Shown here: positions 24,391 through 37,145 of the stretch, piece after piece
Position numbering within the stretch: position 1 is the stretch's first letter
How the letters are laid out: every line of letters starts with the position of its first letter
Assembly: GCA_964188305.1 (NCBI GenBank)
Contig: OZ076886.1
DNA: 64,000 bases
Origin: Podarcis bocagei
Taxonomy: Eukaryota
Reading direction: 5' to 3' (one strand)
Program-made: the position numbers and the translations under genes
Notes under the pieces: model-generated
Databases searched by the model: none
The model's input: the letters and a program-made list of their open reading frames with translations, nothing else
Told to the model about the DNA's origin: nothing

Positions 24391-25749
24391 CATTTTAATT
24401 TATTTATATATTTGAATGTTTATGGACCCCCAGTTTTTCATAAAATATATCAAGGTAGCTTACAACATAAAATGCAATGGAACCTATCTACAAATGTCTA
24501 TAAAGCATAATGAAAAACATCAATAAAGCATCAGTAGATATTGGCTGGTATCTACTGATACATTGTAAATATACATTGTCTCTTTGAAGCAAATGCGAGT
24601 ACGTGGCTAAGTTAGGTGTGAGACACATTTATTTGTATACAGTACATCTTGAAACGATTCACTCATAGACATGAATATTGCCTAAACCTGTAATAGGAAG
24701 CTAAGTCATTCAATGGCTATGCTGCCTAAAGTGCTACAACTCCCTCTTGAGGAAAGCTAATTCCACTCTCTACTTCCAAAACAAAACAAAACACTCTAAT
24801 GGCCTTCCTTAGTTAAGATAGTCAAAATCTTCATTTTTAGGAAGGCTTTGGGGACATAAACTGTTATTTCCCTTTTGAAGTAGTTTTAATGGCTGTGGTT
24901 ACATTGTTTTTGATGGTTGCTTTTTTATTTAAAAAACACACACATTCTACTCTCTCTCTTGTTTTAATGTTTTATAGCTGTTGTTTTTCTTTCCATTGCC
25001 AAATTGTTTTTTAAATGGTTAAGTTATTGTTTCAACTTGCATCGTTAACTACCTTGGGCTCATTGAGGAAAGGCAGGCTATAACCATTTTGAATGAATGA
25101 ATGATAGCAAAAATGGAACACCCATGTTCAGAACCAGTGTACCTGACATAAGAACATGTCAGTGGGAATAACTGGCCACTGGAATAACCGGAATTGCTCA
25201 ACCACTGCAGGAGACAGAGTGGGCTAGGCAGAACTTTGGTCTGATTGAGCCAAGGCAGTATTTTCCTGTTCTTGCATTATATAGAAGCATCGATGGAAAT
25301 GCAGAGGTGGTTTTAGGGCAGTGCAACCAGTTCCCCCGCACTGCACTGGGCACCCAGTGCAGAGGGAGCCTGGTAAGCACTTGCTCAGCTAGGAGAAGGA
25401 GACGTGAGGGCTCTGACAGGGTCCTAGAGTCCTCTCACCTTCTCAAAGCCTAATTACTGCTTTGGGGAGGAGGTAGGAAGGCTATAGGACCCTTCCAGAG
25501 CCCTCCTCCCTCCTCCCCAAAGCCTGGCATGGCATGAGGGCTGGGGTGGCAAGTTTTGGCCTAGCTTAGGACACCACAGTACCAAAGTCTGCCCAGGAAG
25601 ATGCACACGTGGTTCTGTAGGTCATCATGCTATTTCACTCATTACTGGAGACAGAAGACAGGAAGATGCACCTCTATGCAGCACCTATGTTACTGGTGAA
25701 TTTGGAAGCATTTCCTGCCTGCGGTTGGTAAAGCACGGGGGGGGGGGGC

Positions 25750-25927
25750 ACATGAGGACAAAGGACAAGAGGGCTTCTGTATTTTTTTAAAACTGTTGTG
25801 TAGAGGAGGGCGTTTCAGGCTTTCTTGCCGTCGCAGGATAAGCCGCTCCTGCTGAAAACACCCCCTTTCTTTGCAACTAGTAAAGACAAATACAGGAGCC
25901 CTGCCCTCCTCTGCATCTGCTCACCCT
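25750..25927. mobile_element. Fold-back (Harbinger-like) MITE remnant
   Basis: Inverted arms gggcttctgtattt / aaatacaggagccc and an end at ctcaccct. A similar fold-back lies at ~52655-52846. Confidence 0.5.
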
Positions 25928-26974
25928 AGTAAAAGGAGTTTACTAATGGCCTACCTTTAACAAGATGGCACGAAAGGTTAAGTATTGCAAATGCAGAGCT
26001 CCATCCTGCAAAAAACATATGCCCGTGCACAGCAGTACACCCTGCATGAGGTTGTTTGCGATTTTTATTGGACCTCAATAAATAGCTTGTTGCAGATTTC
26101 GGCAGCCAGCCTTTTAGGGTTGCCAACTATTGAACTGAACCCCCCCCCCACCCGCCGGCCATAGCTATTCCTTTACCAGCCATTTGATCAGCATCAATTA
26201 GCAGGTGAGGGCAGTTCTGTGCCATAAAAATCTTTGCCTGCTGATTGCTGCAGAATAAAAAGTCGTTTAAAGGGCCAGACCAATGATTTTGTGTTCTAGC
26301 CCATTAGGCTTCATGGAGGATCCTTTCTCTTTAAATAGCAACAGCGTATTACTTCTGCAGTGTTTGGGGGCCCTTCAGCCGAAGGGGGACATGGGTGTCT
26401 GCCCCAAAGTCCTTCCCTGAGATTCTATTTGTTTTCTCTTTGTTGTGCAGAGTCATATCCCCCCCCCCGCCCCCATTGTGTACTTGTTGTGGGAGGGGGG
26501 AGTGTAAACTTCCTTCAGATGGCACATGAATTTCTGTTGTGATTGCAATGTAGAATGTTGCTGTGTGCAAATGGCATAGTGGCACAGCTTCCCCTTCCTT
26601 GTCAGTTTTTGCAGCCCAGGCTGATGCTTTATTTATTGACTCAGCTGTAAGCTTCACCAACTTAGAGTCAGCATGTGCAGGACTGCACCCTTAAAGGTAC
26701 AGGAGCAGGCGGAATGGACAGACCAGGACAGCTTGAAGTCCCACCGTTTAGAAATGATTTATTCCACGCATTCTGTGGCAGCAAAAATCCGGGCTGGCCA
26801 CCTAGAGAACACGTGACAAGGATCCGCTCCCTGACAAGTGTGGCTGTGTACAACATGCATGTTTGTAAACATGTACTTATCACGTACCACTTTGAGGCAT
26901 TTATTTAATGCATCCTAGGCTAGAGCTAGATGATGTGAAACAAACACATTCCTAACCCCGGGCTTGTTTGTTTA

Positions 26975-27530
26975 TTGCATTTATACCCCATTTATTTCCC
27001 TCCAAGGAGGTGATGCACATGGTTCTCCCCCTCCTCATTTCATGCCCACAACAGCCCTATGAGATAGGTTAGGCCAGGGGTCTGCAACCCGCGGCTCCGG
27101 AGCCGCATGTGGCTCTTTTACACCTTTGCCGCGGCTCCGGGGCGGATACTAGCAAGGGGAGGAGGCGCATTGTGTGCCCCGACACTCCCCGCTGTGGCGG
27201 GCGCTGTACTGGCTGTAACGTCGCATGGGGGCTGTGCGTGCGTTAGTCACGCACCGTCCCGACGTCACCTTCCCACCCGCTGTCAGATCGCGGCTCTGGA
27301 GATATATTTGTTTTAAATGTCGCAATGGTTTTGCGGCTCCCAGTTTTTTTTTCCTTCGGAAATGGGTCCAAGTGGCTCTTTTTGTCTTAAAGGTTGCAGA
27401 CCCCTGGGTTAGGTGGAGAGGTGGTGACTGGCCCAAGGTGACCCAGTGAGCTTCTTAGTAAAGTGGCGATTTGAACCCTGGTCTCCCAGGTCCTAGTCCG
27501 ACACTCTAACTGCTGCACCAACACTGGCTG
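26975..27530 (-). mobile_element. MIR/CORE-like tRNA-derived SINE split by the hAT element
   Basis: The flanks join into ...cacaacagccctatgagataggttagg|tggagag...gactggcccaaggtgacccag...gatttgaaccctggtctccc (reverse B box). Confidence 0.65.
27075..27406. mobile_element. Young CpG-rich non-autonomous hAT (Charlie-like) element
   Basis: Perfect 15-bp TIRs CAGGGGTCTGCAACC / GGTTGCAGACCCCTG. TSD GGTTAGGC/GGTTAGGT. Interrupts a SINE. Confidence 0.9.
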
Positions 27531-28669
27531 TCAAGTTTACCCCTGACCCCAGTGTGGGGACAACTTCTGGGTGAATTGGCAGATAGCATGAGGGTGCTTA
27601 ATCCTTCTGCTGCCGCCCAGTTCTCCCTTCCCCCTCTCCTTGTGGCTTGCTCCTTCCCCCCTTTTTTTTCTGACCAGCTAGATCTGAGCCTAGAAATATG
27701 CCTGGCCTGGGAAAGGGATGAGGTTTGGGGAGCACTGGCAGATGGGAGGACGATTAAGCAGCCCCTCTCCACCCCATCAGTTATTCCCCATCTCCACATT
27801 ATGACCAGCATGTCTTTGATGACTTAACGGGTGTTGTTGGTCTCTAGATTCCCTCAGCTTTAGCCAGCATGGCCAGCGGTCAGGGACGATGGGAGTTATA
27901 GCACAGCAAGATCCAGGCGACCGCTACCTCCTCACCCTGGATTAACATATCGTGTCACATAAGGTGTATGCTTAAATTGATAACGCATGAAGCAGACTTA
28001 AATACTGACATGGCATTTTAGGTACTGGTGCATCTATGTTACTGGCTTAGTCTCTTGTTTTCCAGAACTTGTTTGTTTGCATTGACAGGAATTTACTCTC
28101 CTTTAATTTGTTAGCATAGTTAACTAGGCTGGAGTTTTACAGAGCACGTTGTGAATCAGGTTCTGTGCTCTGGTAGTAGCTAGTTAAGTGTACAGCCATG
28201 CTTTTTGAATTAAAAATATATTAACTTTTTCTTTTTATGAATAGGCCCCATAGTGTTCTGAGCTTTCCTGGTTTTCCCGCCCCCCTCCTCCCTGCTATTA
28301 AGTTTATATTTTATTCTGAATTGAAAAGAACATTGTGGTTGTCTTGACTACTAAAAAAGCTTATCCTACACACCGCTCAGAAGATGTGCATAATGCATCG
28401 GTTAAAACAGAAGAGTGTGTGTGTGGGGGGGAGAGAAAAGCGCAGAGCAAAGCTCTCACTCTGCACCGCTTCTGGGACTCTCCAGCAACAAATCTCGAGG
28501 CAATTTCTGCTAGGATGCCGTCTGTTTAAGCAAAGCTAACTGGCTTGCCACATTGTTATACATTCATGTGCTGTGTCGGTGATCATTTTCTCCAGGCACA
28601 TTCACTTTGCAGGTTAAAAATAAAATTTAAAAAAATAAAATCCCCCTTCCTGTTTCTCTTTCTTTCCAG

Positions 28670-28743
28670 GCGATAGTGTACGAAGGCCAAGACAAGAACC
28701 CAGAAATGTGCAGAGTTCTGCTCACCCATGAAATAATGTGCAG
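28670..28743 (+). CDS. EBF1: EBF1 coding exon 5 ([25 protein letters not shown])
   Basis: Acceptor tttctctttctttccag|GCG, donor CAG|gtaaga. 74 nt. Encodes the first half of the zinc knuckle. Confidence 0.97.
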
Positions 28744-31700
28744 GTAAGAAAGCTCCTGTCACCATTTAATTAGCAAATGCAAAATTAATTCCTGTCTCAA
28801 AAAAGAAAGCGGGGGGGGGAATGAAAGTAGGTTGATCCTGTAACTATTTTGGAATGTAAAAGCATCACTTTCTTTCCTTCCAAGAAGCCCAAAATAACAC
28901 AGTTTTACGTCTGCAATTAGCAGCAAAGCCCCAGTCATCATACACATTTTCAATTATTTATTGGAGCTCAATCCTCAACAATGTATGAGAAGCTTCCGTT
29001 TAGACACTGTAGCCTTAATAGGCGCGGGAAATGTCTTCACACCAAAAATGTTAGCATCTAAATTGCTGCCTTTCGAGGAGGAGTCATTATCCAGCAGAAT
29101 CTCCCAGCAGTAAAATTGCCATGTTAGGCCTCTGGGATCACGATGGGCTTTCATTCAGCCGGACAGAAAGGCAGAGGATGTTGTCATCTTTTTACGGATT
29201 TACAGGTTTATTCTCAGCAGCGAGATGCCATTTCGGCTGCCTGGGAAGGGCATTTTAGGGGGCCAGGGAAGGGAATATGGTCTGTGGTCAAGGTGATGAT
29301 ATCTGTAATGCAGACATAAGGCTTGGATGCCGCAAGGACTCTGGTGCTCAGGTTTACTATGGCTTCTTCGTTTCAATGGGTCCATTCATGGGAGCAAATT
29401 TACACCCATTTCGAAGCCTCGGATAAGAGGCCATTGGCTCGACACAAGGTTTGTCCTTGTTTGGAAATATTTCCACATGTGTTTCTATCCAGGGCTGGCT
29501 TCTTTGGATCTGGCAGAATTAAGCAGCAGCAACTCTACTGGGGCTATTTGGGAACTGATCGCAGCATCTTTTTTCTTTCTTAAAAAAAGAAATAAAGATG
29601 TGGGTCTTTTGCTTTTCCGATTCCATGAAGGATTGCATTAGGGTGCTGCTAGCTTTTGCACTGGGCTCCTGTGCCTGTCCCTTTAATGGCAGTTTGATTG
29701 GCAGCACTTAGCAGGTGAGTACGTTTAGCTGCAGGCCATGAAGAGCTCTGCTGCTGATGGTTGCTGCAGAACAAATCTCTGTTAAAGGGAATAGGCGAGG
29801 CCTTTTCTTTCTTAGGCCATGTGACAAAACTCTCAGCAAGATCCGTAAGCTCATGCTAATGGGCATGACCCTGCAATTTCAATGAAGCCAGTGAGTATTT
29901 TTTAAAATAAATTTCAGGAATTTCTGTGCAGTGAAACACTGATGTAAGGAGGGAGGCCTGGTGAAAAATGGCCCCAGAGCTCCCTTTCCTTTGATTGCTG
30001 TGTAGGAGAGGGAATTTCAGTAGATAAAGCTTGGATGACAAGCTCCAGCAACTGAAATTCCCTCTTCTATTTGAGGTGCAGGAAACCTTTATTCTATTTC
30101 ACCTGGATACTCCACATTGAAAAGTGGGAAAGTTCTCCAGATGACTATCAGAAATTCTGGTGTCAATTCTGAAACAGTGTATTCTTGAAGGTCTCTAGGG
30201 GTTGTATCGAATGGATTTGTCCCATGAGTACAAGTGCTTTCACCTGCAATATGGGTCTTCATTTCCCTCTCCTTTCTCTGCATCCTCCCAATCCACTCAG
30301 TTGGTTGGGGGAACCTCCATCACAGATTGGGGGCAGGGTGGTTGGGGGAAGAGGAAGTCCTGTTAGTGCAAGTCGTTCTTGCACTAACAAGACAACTTCA
30401 TTGGTTAAAAACCTAGGCTCCAAAAGTGAGACACAGGGATCATTTACAGTTTTACTTAGTTTTACTGTGCAGCAGGCAGAAATCCAACAGGTGAAGTTTC
30501 CCTATATCTCCATACAGGGCAGTACACACGTGTTGAATTTCTGCCTGTTGTGCCACTGTTAAAATTGAGAGCTCCTTGAGGCGAGAACTGTTCTACTGAA
30601 GTGCATATAATGGGTATAATTTGGAGAAAGTTCGAAATGAGGGGCGGGGAAGGAACTTAACATTGTTTACATTTAAGCAGCACAAATTTCAGTCTGATTT
30701 CTCTGGGCTCCAACTATATCAGATAAGACGCTAACCACGCTTTATTGAAGATACTGTAGTGACAAAATTCCCCATGATTTCAGTGTGAACAGATGGCACT
30801 TGGAATTTTAACACCCACAAGACTTCCTTTCATTTATAGTGCCAACACACAGTAGTCTGTTCTCCTTACAAAACTCTACATATTTACTTTAAATAAACCA
30901 AAAATGCAAAAATAACTAGATGTTAGCCAATTTTAATATCTGTGTCAGTAAATTACATGGCTGCCAATATACCTTGACATGAAAACAACATTCTAGGCCA
31001 AAATTTTGAATTTACTTGATGTAGTATTTGCATTGTTCTTAAATGTGCAATAGATCTTTCAATTTCTCACTGCTTTACAAATGCATGAAGGCAGAAAAGG
31101 ACATCTTGCTTGAAATAAGAGGGTAATACCCTGTTAAAATATTTTAGGGCCAATGTGAGCATTCGTAGATATTGACCAAACTATAAAAGATGCTCTTTTT
31201 TCTATCTGGCTGCCTGATCTTAATGCACAAACCTCTGATTGGTTGTACTGATACCACACTTTTCAACAATAAGGAAGGTTTGGAGGGTGTGTGTTCCAGC
31301 CTTGGTTTCTCTACCACTCGCTTCCCTGCTTGCTATAAGTGGAAGCTGGGATGTGCTGAATCTGCACCAGGGGTTCAAATGCAGCCTCAATTATAAGCAT
31401 AAAATTAGAGTCTGTTCCCCATTAATCAGCCCAGCTAATTGCTATGCACTACCATTAGCCATATGGTGTGAAAGACAGCTTGCTCTCTCTAAGATGAAAT
31501 TTCTTCATTCCAGACATGAAATAGTGAAGGCCCTGTGCTTCAGAATAGCTTGTTTTAGATATTTAATTCCCAAACAACTTTCAGCAGCGCCTTCGATCAA
31601 GGCTAACGGCACAATAAAACTTTGAGTTTATGTCACCAAAACCGAATATTTACAAAATGGAAGGGACTGTGTTGTGGAAGAAACAAAGGGCTCAGATGTA

Positions 31701-32169
31701 GAGGAGAAATCCTGGATGAGTGGAAACGGCAAAGAACTGAATCGAGATTACAAGCGGTTGCTTGTTTACTGCACAGGATTTCCAAGTATCTTGAAGAGAT
31801 GGTTCTTTTGGTGATGATAAAAATAAGAATAATGCTGAGGACAAGAATAGCTTCATAATTTATATTAGAGGAGAATCTTGCAAAGCTAATTTTTGTTAGT
31901 GGCCATTGTGCAATGGAGATATCAAGGTGCAACCTGACTTCTAAAGAGCATCGTCCTCTTTTCACCATAGAACATTTGTGTTATCGTCAGCTTGTGTTTA
32001 CTTTTAAATGGCAGTTAATCAGACAGTTGTCTGGATGCTTTCTGGCAGGCTTCGAAGTTGGCACAATTCAGGTTCTGGCCCTTTGTTACCATCCCTTGGA
32101 AGCAGCAGTAAAAAGGGCAGTCATGTGAATGGGCCCCAAGATCTGCAAGGGGCAGCTTCCTATACTGTA

Positions 32170-32384
32170 CAGTGGTACCTTGGGTTAATAACTTAATTAG
32201 TTCTGGAGGTCTGTTCTTAACCTGAACCTGTTCTTAACCTGAGGTACCACTTTAGCTAATGGGGCCTCCCACTGCTGCCACACGATTTCTGTTCTCATCC
32301 TGAAGCAAAGTTCTTAACCCGAGGTAATATTTCTGGGTTAGCGGAGTCTGTAACCTGAAGCGTGTGTAACCCGAGGTACCACTG
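32170..32384 (+). mobile_element. Tc1/mariner (Tigger-like) MITE
   Basis: TA|CAGTGGTACCTTGGGTT ... AACCCGAGGTACCACTG|TA. TA TSD. Confidence 0.9.
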
Positions 32385-32492
32385 TACTCTCAATGCAGCA
32401 CATTACAGGTTACAGTATTATTTTATTTTATTTTGGGGCTATCGTTCTCATGTTCTAACATAGTAGAACCCAGATCATCATTAGCTTCTGAA

Positions 32493-32661
32493 CAGTGGCG
32501 TAGCGTGGGTTGTCAGCACCCGGAGCAAGGCAAGTAATTTGCGCCCCCTAACCCGTGGATTTGCGCCCCCTAACCTGTGGATTTGCACCCCCTAACCCTA
32601 ACCCCCAGATGTTGCGCCCGGTGCGGCCGGCCCCACCTGCACCCCCCACGCTACACCACTG
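32493..32661. mobile_element. Non-autonomous hAT MITE, family A (second copy)
   Basis: TIRs CAGTGGCGTAGCGTGGG / CCCACGCTACACCACTG. Perfect 8-bp TSD CTTCTGAA (32485-32492, 32662-32669). Confidence 0.93.
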
Positions 32662-33070
32662 CTTCTGAACAGGATGGTTCACCTCTGCTTTTTGTTCTGT
32701 GGTGGTTTCAAGACTGATCATTCTCAGAGCACTAAATGAGCCAACACCCCCCCCCCCACACACAAACAACACACATACACAGAACAAATACCTATCATTT
32801 ATACAGTATATGCCAAGCTTCACATTGTTCAGTGCAGAAATCCTTACAACTGCTGGGTATGGCTGATTGATATTCTCACCATTATATAGATTGGTGTGTG
32901 TGTGTGTGTCTACCCAGTGAATTCATGACGGATAAAGTCATTTTATCCAGAGCCTTCCTGTGTCATTGCTCACTCTCTTAGGCATCAAATGAGACATGAT
33001 GTGGGGTTTTTGTGATTGGCTCTCCAGTGCATATACCTCCACGATCCTTTTGATCATTCGATTTCAATTC

Positions 33071-33208
33071 CAGCATGGGGAACCTGTGGCCATTCAGATG
33101 TTGTTGGATTGAAGTTCCCACCCATCCCAGACAAAATGCCTAATGGTCAGGGGATATGGGAGCTGTAGTCCAGCCACAACCTGGAAGGCACCAGGTTCCT
33201 CACCCCTG
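33071..33208. mobile_element. Old hAT MITE, family C
   Basis: CAGCATGGGGAACCTG ... CAGGTTCCTCACCCCTG with a palindromic interior. Confidence 0.7.
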
Positions 33209-34875
33209 CTTTAATGAGATCAGGGTTGTAGTGTACCATGACCCTGATTGAAATAGCCCTCCTGAAGCTGTGGACAGGTGCCCATGTAGCGGACATTAGC
33301 TTCAGGTGTGTGTGATTTGGATCAGCCCTGTGCCTCACCGCACTACAGCTCCAGTTCAAATTAGACCCTCTCATGGCTGCTTTTAAAGAGGTAGGAAAAC
33401 ACCCAGTGATCCAGTCACAGATATTTCATGCAAAACCTAGTTTGGTCTGCAGCTCTCGCTTTCTTAAAACAACAACAACAACCCTGAATCCTCAAAATGA
33501 ATTTGCTTTGAGTTGTATATTTATTGGCATGGTCCATATGTTGTTTTAAAAAAACAACAACAAGCCAGTTTTAATGTAGGAGAAGCACTCTTTGTTTAAA
33601 GCTCACTCTCACAAAAGTTATGTTTATGAAAATCAATAAGGAATATATATACTGATCATGATGCAGCCAGAACTAAACACTTTTAAAGTCCTACTGATTT
33701 CAAAGGGAGAGAGAAACACATGCTTAAAAAGAAAAATTAAGATTTAAAAGTGCTTAACTGTGCCTTGTTTGTTCTGTTTATGTTCCTACATATAAATTCA
33801 TGCAATAATCAAGTAGAACTCAGTTCTGAGGGGTTCAGATGCTCTGAGGAGACGCCAGGTTTCTAGGCATGGGTTTGGGATGAGGCATCAACAAGTGGAA
33901 TGAGTGTGCTTATCACTCAAGTGAATAAAAATGCAATTCTTTTCAGATATGACTCATTGTGGGTCCCCGTGCGTTCTCCCTCTATTGCTAACTATTTTAA
34001 TGCGTGCATTCTGCCCATCCCCTTATCGCTTACTAATTCCTCAGTAGTCTGGGTGGGGCCCTTAGTTTTCAACAGTCATTTAAAACTATTTTATGTCGAT
34101 CACTTTTTAATCTTGCATTCATCTTGGAGAGGAGGTGAGGTCACATCTTTAATTAGTACTACTTCTTTGGAAGGGAGTGCTATTTGCAGGTTTTTTTTTT
34201 AAAAAAAAGATATAAAAATGTTTCTGGCAGTACATGAGTGTGGGGAAATATGACAGGGTGGTGTGAAAATTGACAGACAGTCCTCAGATGCTGATACTGT
34301 ATGTCTTAAAAGTTATTTTTTACGGAGCAGAGAACAAATCAACGGTTCTCATTATATTTGGCGCAACCAAAACAATGCCAATTCCCCACAGGTGTGGAAA
34401 TCCATTCATCTGTGAAAAAGTAAAAAAGTTTGAAGCCCTTTATAGCTGCTGTGAGCTTTCTGCCCTGTGAAAAGAGTTGTGTGTTCTTTCCCATTTTTAT
34501 TTTCGTAAAACTGCTTAAACAGTCTGGTTTTGTAAAAGGCGCTTCTGTTATGTTTAGTGCCGTTTATCATTTTATTGCCAATCTTGGTGGGTCCCCATAC
34601 ATTATTCGCTATATTGTTGCACAGCACAAGCAAACCTTTGTCGCTCTCCCTGGAGAGCTATTTATATGGCACGACACTTCCAAGAACTCTACTGGGGAAA
34701 AGAAGTCTATCTTCACACACAGTTGGTATAGGGTGAGCTTCTAGTGAGGGGCTGAATTCTGGCAAGATTCAAGTCTCACATTGAATATTTCTGGTCCTCT
34801 TCACCCTTCACTTCCCAGCCTTCCTGAACCCTGGCCTTCCCTTTAGCATTTTTGATGGGAGGCCAACAGCATATA

Positions 34876-35051
34876 CAGTGGTACCTCGGGTTACTTACGC
34901 TTCAGGTTACAGACTCCACAGAAATCGTGCTCCGGTGGCGCGGCGGTAGCGGGAGGCCCCATTAGCTAAACTGGTGCTCCGGGTTAAGAACAGTTTCAGG
35001 TTAAGTACAGACCTCCAGAACGAATTAAGTACTTAACCCGAGGTACCACTG
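34876..35051 (-). mobile_element. Tc1/mariner (Tigger-like) MITE, inverted copy with internal deletion
   Basis: TA|CAGTGGTACCTCGGGTT ... AACCCGAGGTACCACTG|TA. The interior is the reverse complement of the 32170 copy. Confidence 0.9.
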
Positions 35052-36401
35052 TACTGCTTGCATGTAAATTTCCTTCATCATATAAGTATCTGTCACAACA
35101 GCCCTGTCATGTGAGTAACACATGAGGAATGCTGCCTCAAGACATTTTGCTCCCTATAGCAGAGTCCAAACCCCCTTGCTTTACCCTACTACGATTCTGT
35201 CACTCAGGTAGCAGTTTGCCCCTTTCTCCACCCACCCTGATGGTGCCACTTAAAACAGGTTGCTTCACCCTGCTGTATGATTGGTCCAACTTTGTGTATG
35301 TGCTAGGAAGTAGCGTGTGATTTAGTGAGGCTGAGGAGGGGGGTCTCCACATGACGGTTGTTGCCGTGAAGCACCCAGCTCATAAAGTGGCTTGAAAATT
35401 TCTTTTGGGGGAGGGGAGTCTGAATGCACGAAGTCTTCTATTTGTATATTTAGGCATGCACAAGGACCAAGAGAAAGATACAGAAGGATGCATCTCTCTA
35501 ACTTCAGGGCCTATGGCTTTGTTTGCCTTCCATGATTCCCTTTTAGGTATCCACAGACACCACAAACTTATTAAACATGGGGTTGAGGACAATGATAGTG
35601 TCTGTAGCCAAAGCTCCCACCACCCCAGGCATTCCCATTTGCTCATAGGCAGCTTACTGGGCATTGGCATGGCCAACCACTCGGAAAGGTCTAGGCAGCC
35701 AGTTGATCTTCCCAATCCCAATATCCACCATGCAGGTGCACCATAGAGATAGGAAAAGGTTAAGAGCGATCCTCACATGCACACTTCCTGGCTCTGCTCG
35801 CAAAGCAAGTCTTTGCACAGAGAGCAGGCACGTCCAGTTTTGTTTTTGTTTTTTAACTAAAAAAAAGGCTAGAGGTATGTACTCTCATTTTCCTACTCAT
35901 ATTGAAATACTGCCCCTCAATGAGACCAAATTTAGATTTACAAAATGTTTAAGGGTATGCGTATCCCTGTGTCCCCCCAGAAAAAAAGCACTGGGCACAT
36001 CCATAGAGATTGGAAGAAGTAGAGAGTGATACTTGCACACAAACTGTCTGGTTCTGTTTGCAAAATCCTGGGCATTTTGGCAAATTCAAAAAACTGAAAT
36101 CCCTCCTCCCCCCCGAAAGAGGACCTGTCTGGGAAAAAGAGGATGTATGGCAACCCTAATCTACTCAGAAGCAAGTCCCACTGAGCTCAGTGGGTCCTAC
36201 TCCCAGGAAAGTGTGTGTGATATCTTAGCCTAAATTGCAGTGTAAGTAGAATATTTAAGAGCATGTATTATGATAACCTTTTAAAAAAATACTTCACAAC
36301 TCTAGCAGGATATGTGGGCAATAATGCACAAAAGAATTAGTTATACCGGGGAAGGCTTAACTTGTTGTCATGGACTGGCTGGAAGCAGAGCAGTGGTGGG
36401 T

Positions 36402-36509
36402 AGGGCTGCCATACGTCCAGGATTTCCCGGGCATTACTGGGATTTCAAAGGCAGAAGTGACATATGGGGGGATATTCCGGAAGACAGCAGTTTGTCCTCT
36501 GGCAACCCT
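36402..36509. mobile_element. Harbinger-like MITE nested in the LTR
   Basis: Ends AGGGCTGCCA / TGGCAACCCT. Confidence 0.55.
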
Positions 36510-36999
36510 AATGATGGGACGCACCAGCTGGTAAATCTCCAAGGGAACCCCTAGGGGAAGAAGGCCCAGAGCCAGGGGGAGTGGGACGACAATGGGTGCT
36601 CAGAGGGAGAAGAGGGAGCAGATTGGGACCAGGAGGTGTCAGAAGCAGAAGAGGCAGCAGGGTTTGGCGAGCAGAAAGAGGCTGCGGCAGAGAGCAGTCC
36701 AGAAGAGGAGGCTGGAGAGGAGGGAGGCTCAAGAGGCAAGGTGGAGGCAGGCTGCTGAAGAAGCCAAGGAGTCTCCCCCTCCTGCTCTCTCTCCCAGAAC
36801 ACAGAGAGGAGTGAAGAGGGTGGAGCAAACAGAGACAAGACAAAGGAGCAGCAGGATGCTGGGGAAGGACCCTGGGGGGAGGCAGAGACTGAGCTGTGGG
36901 AAAGTGGGGCGCTTCAGTCTTCACAACTGCCTCATTGGGGCAAGACCTACTCGGGAAGGGTTGCTGTTATCACTAGGCCTGCACTGTTTTGGTTCCTTT

Positions 37000-37145
37000 C
37001 ATGGGCGTAGCCAGGATTTTTTTTTGGGGGGGGGCAGGACTTTTGTTAGGGGGCAGAACCGACGTGATTGGTCAGTCAGTTAAGTATTTCTATTGTTTTA
37101 CTTGTTCTAGGGGTGGCAGCTGAGCCCCCCTTAGCTACGCCCATG
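37000..37145 (+). mobile_element. hAT MITE, family B
   Basis: TIRs CATGGGCGTAGC / GCTACGCCCATG. Perfect 8-bp TSD GTTCCTTT. Confidence 0.9.

Noticed and set aside
36508-37083. Glu/Arg/Gln-rich ORFs as a nested gene
   Set aside because: They lie within a purine-rich LTR-like repeat with nested MITEs and have no splice or domain support.
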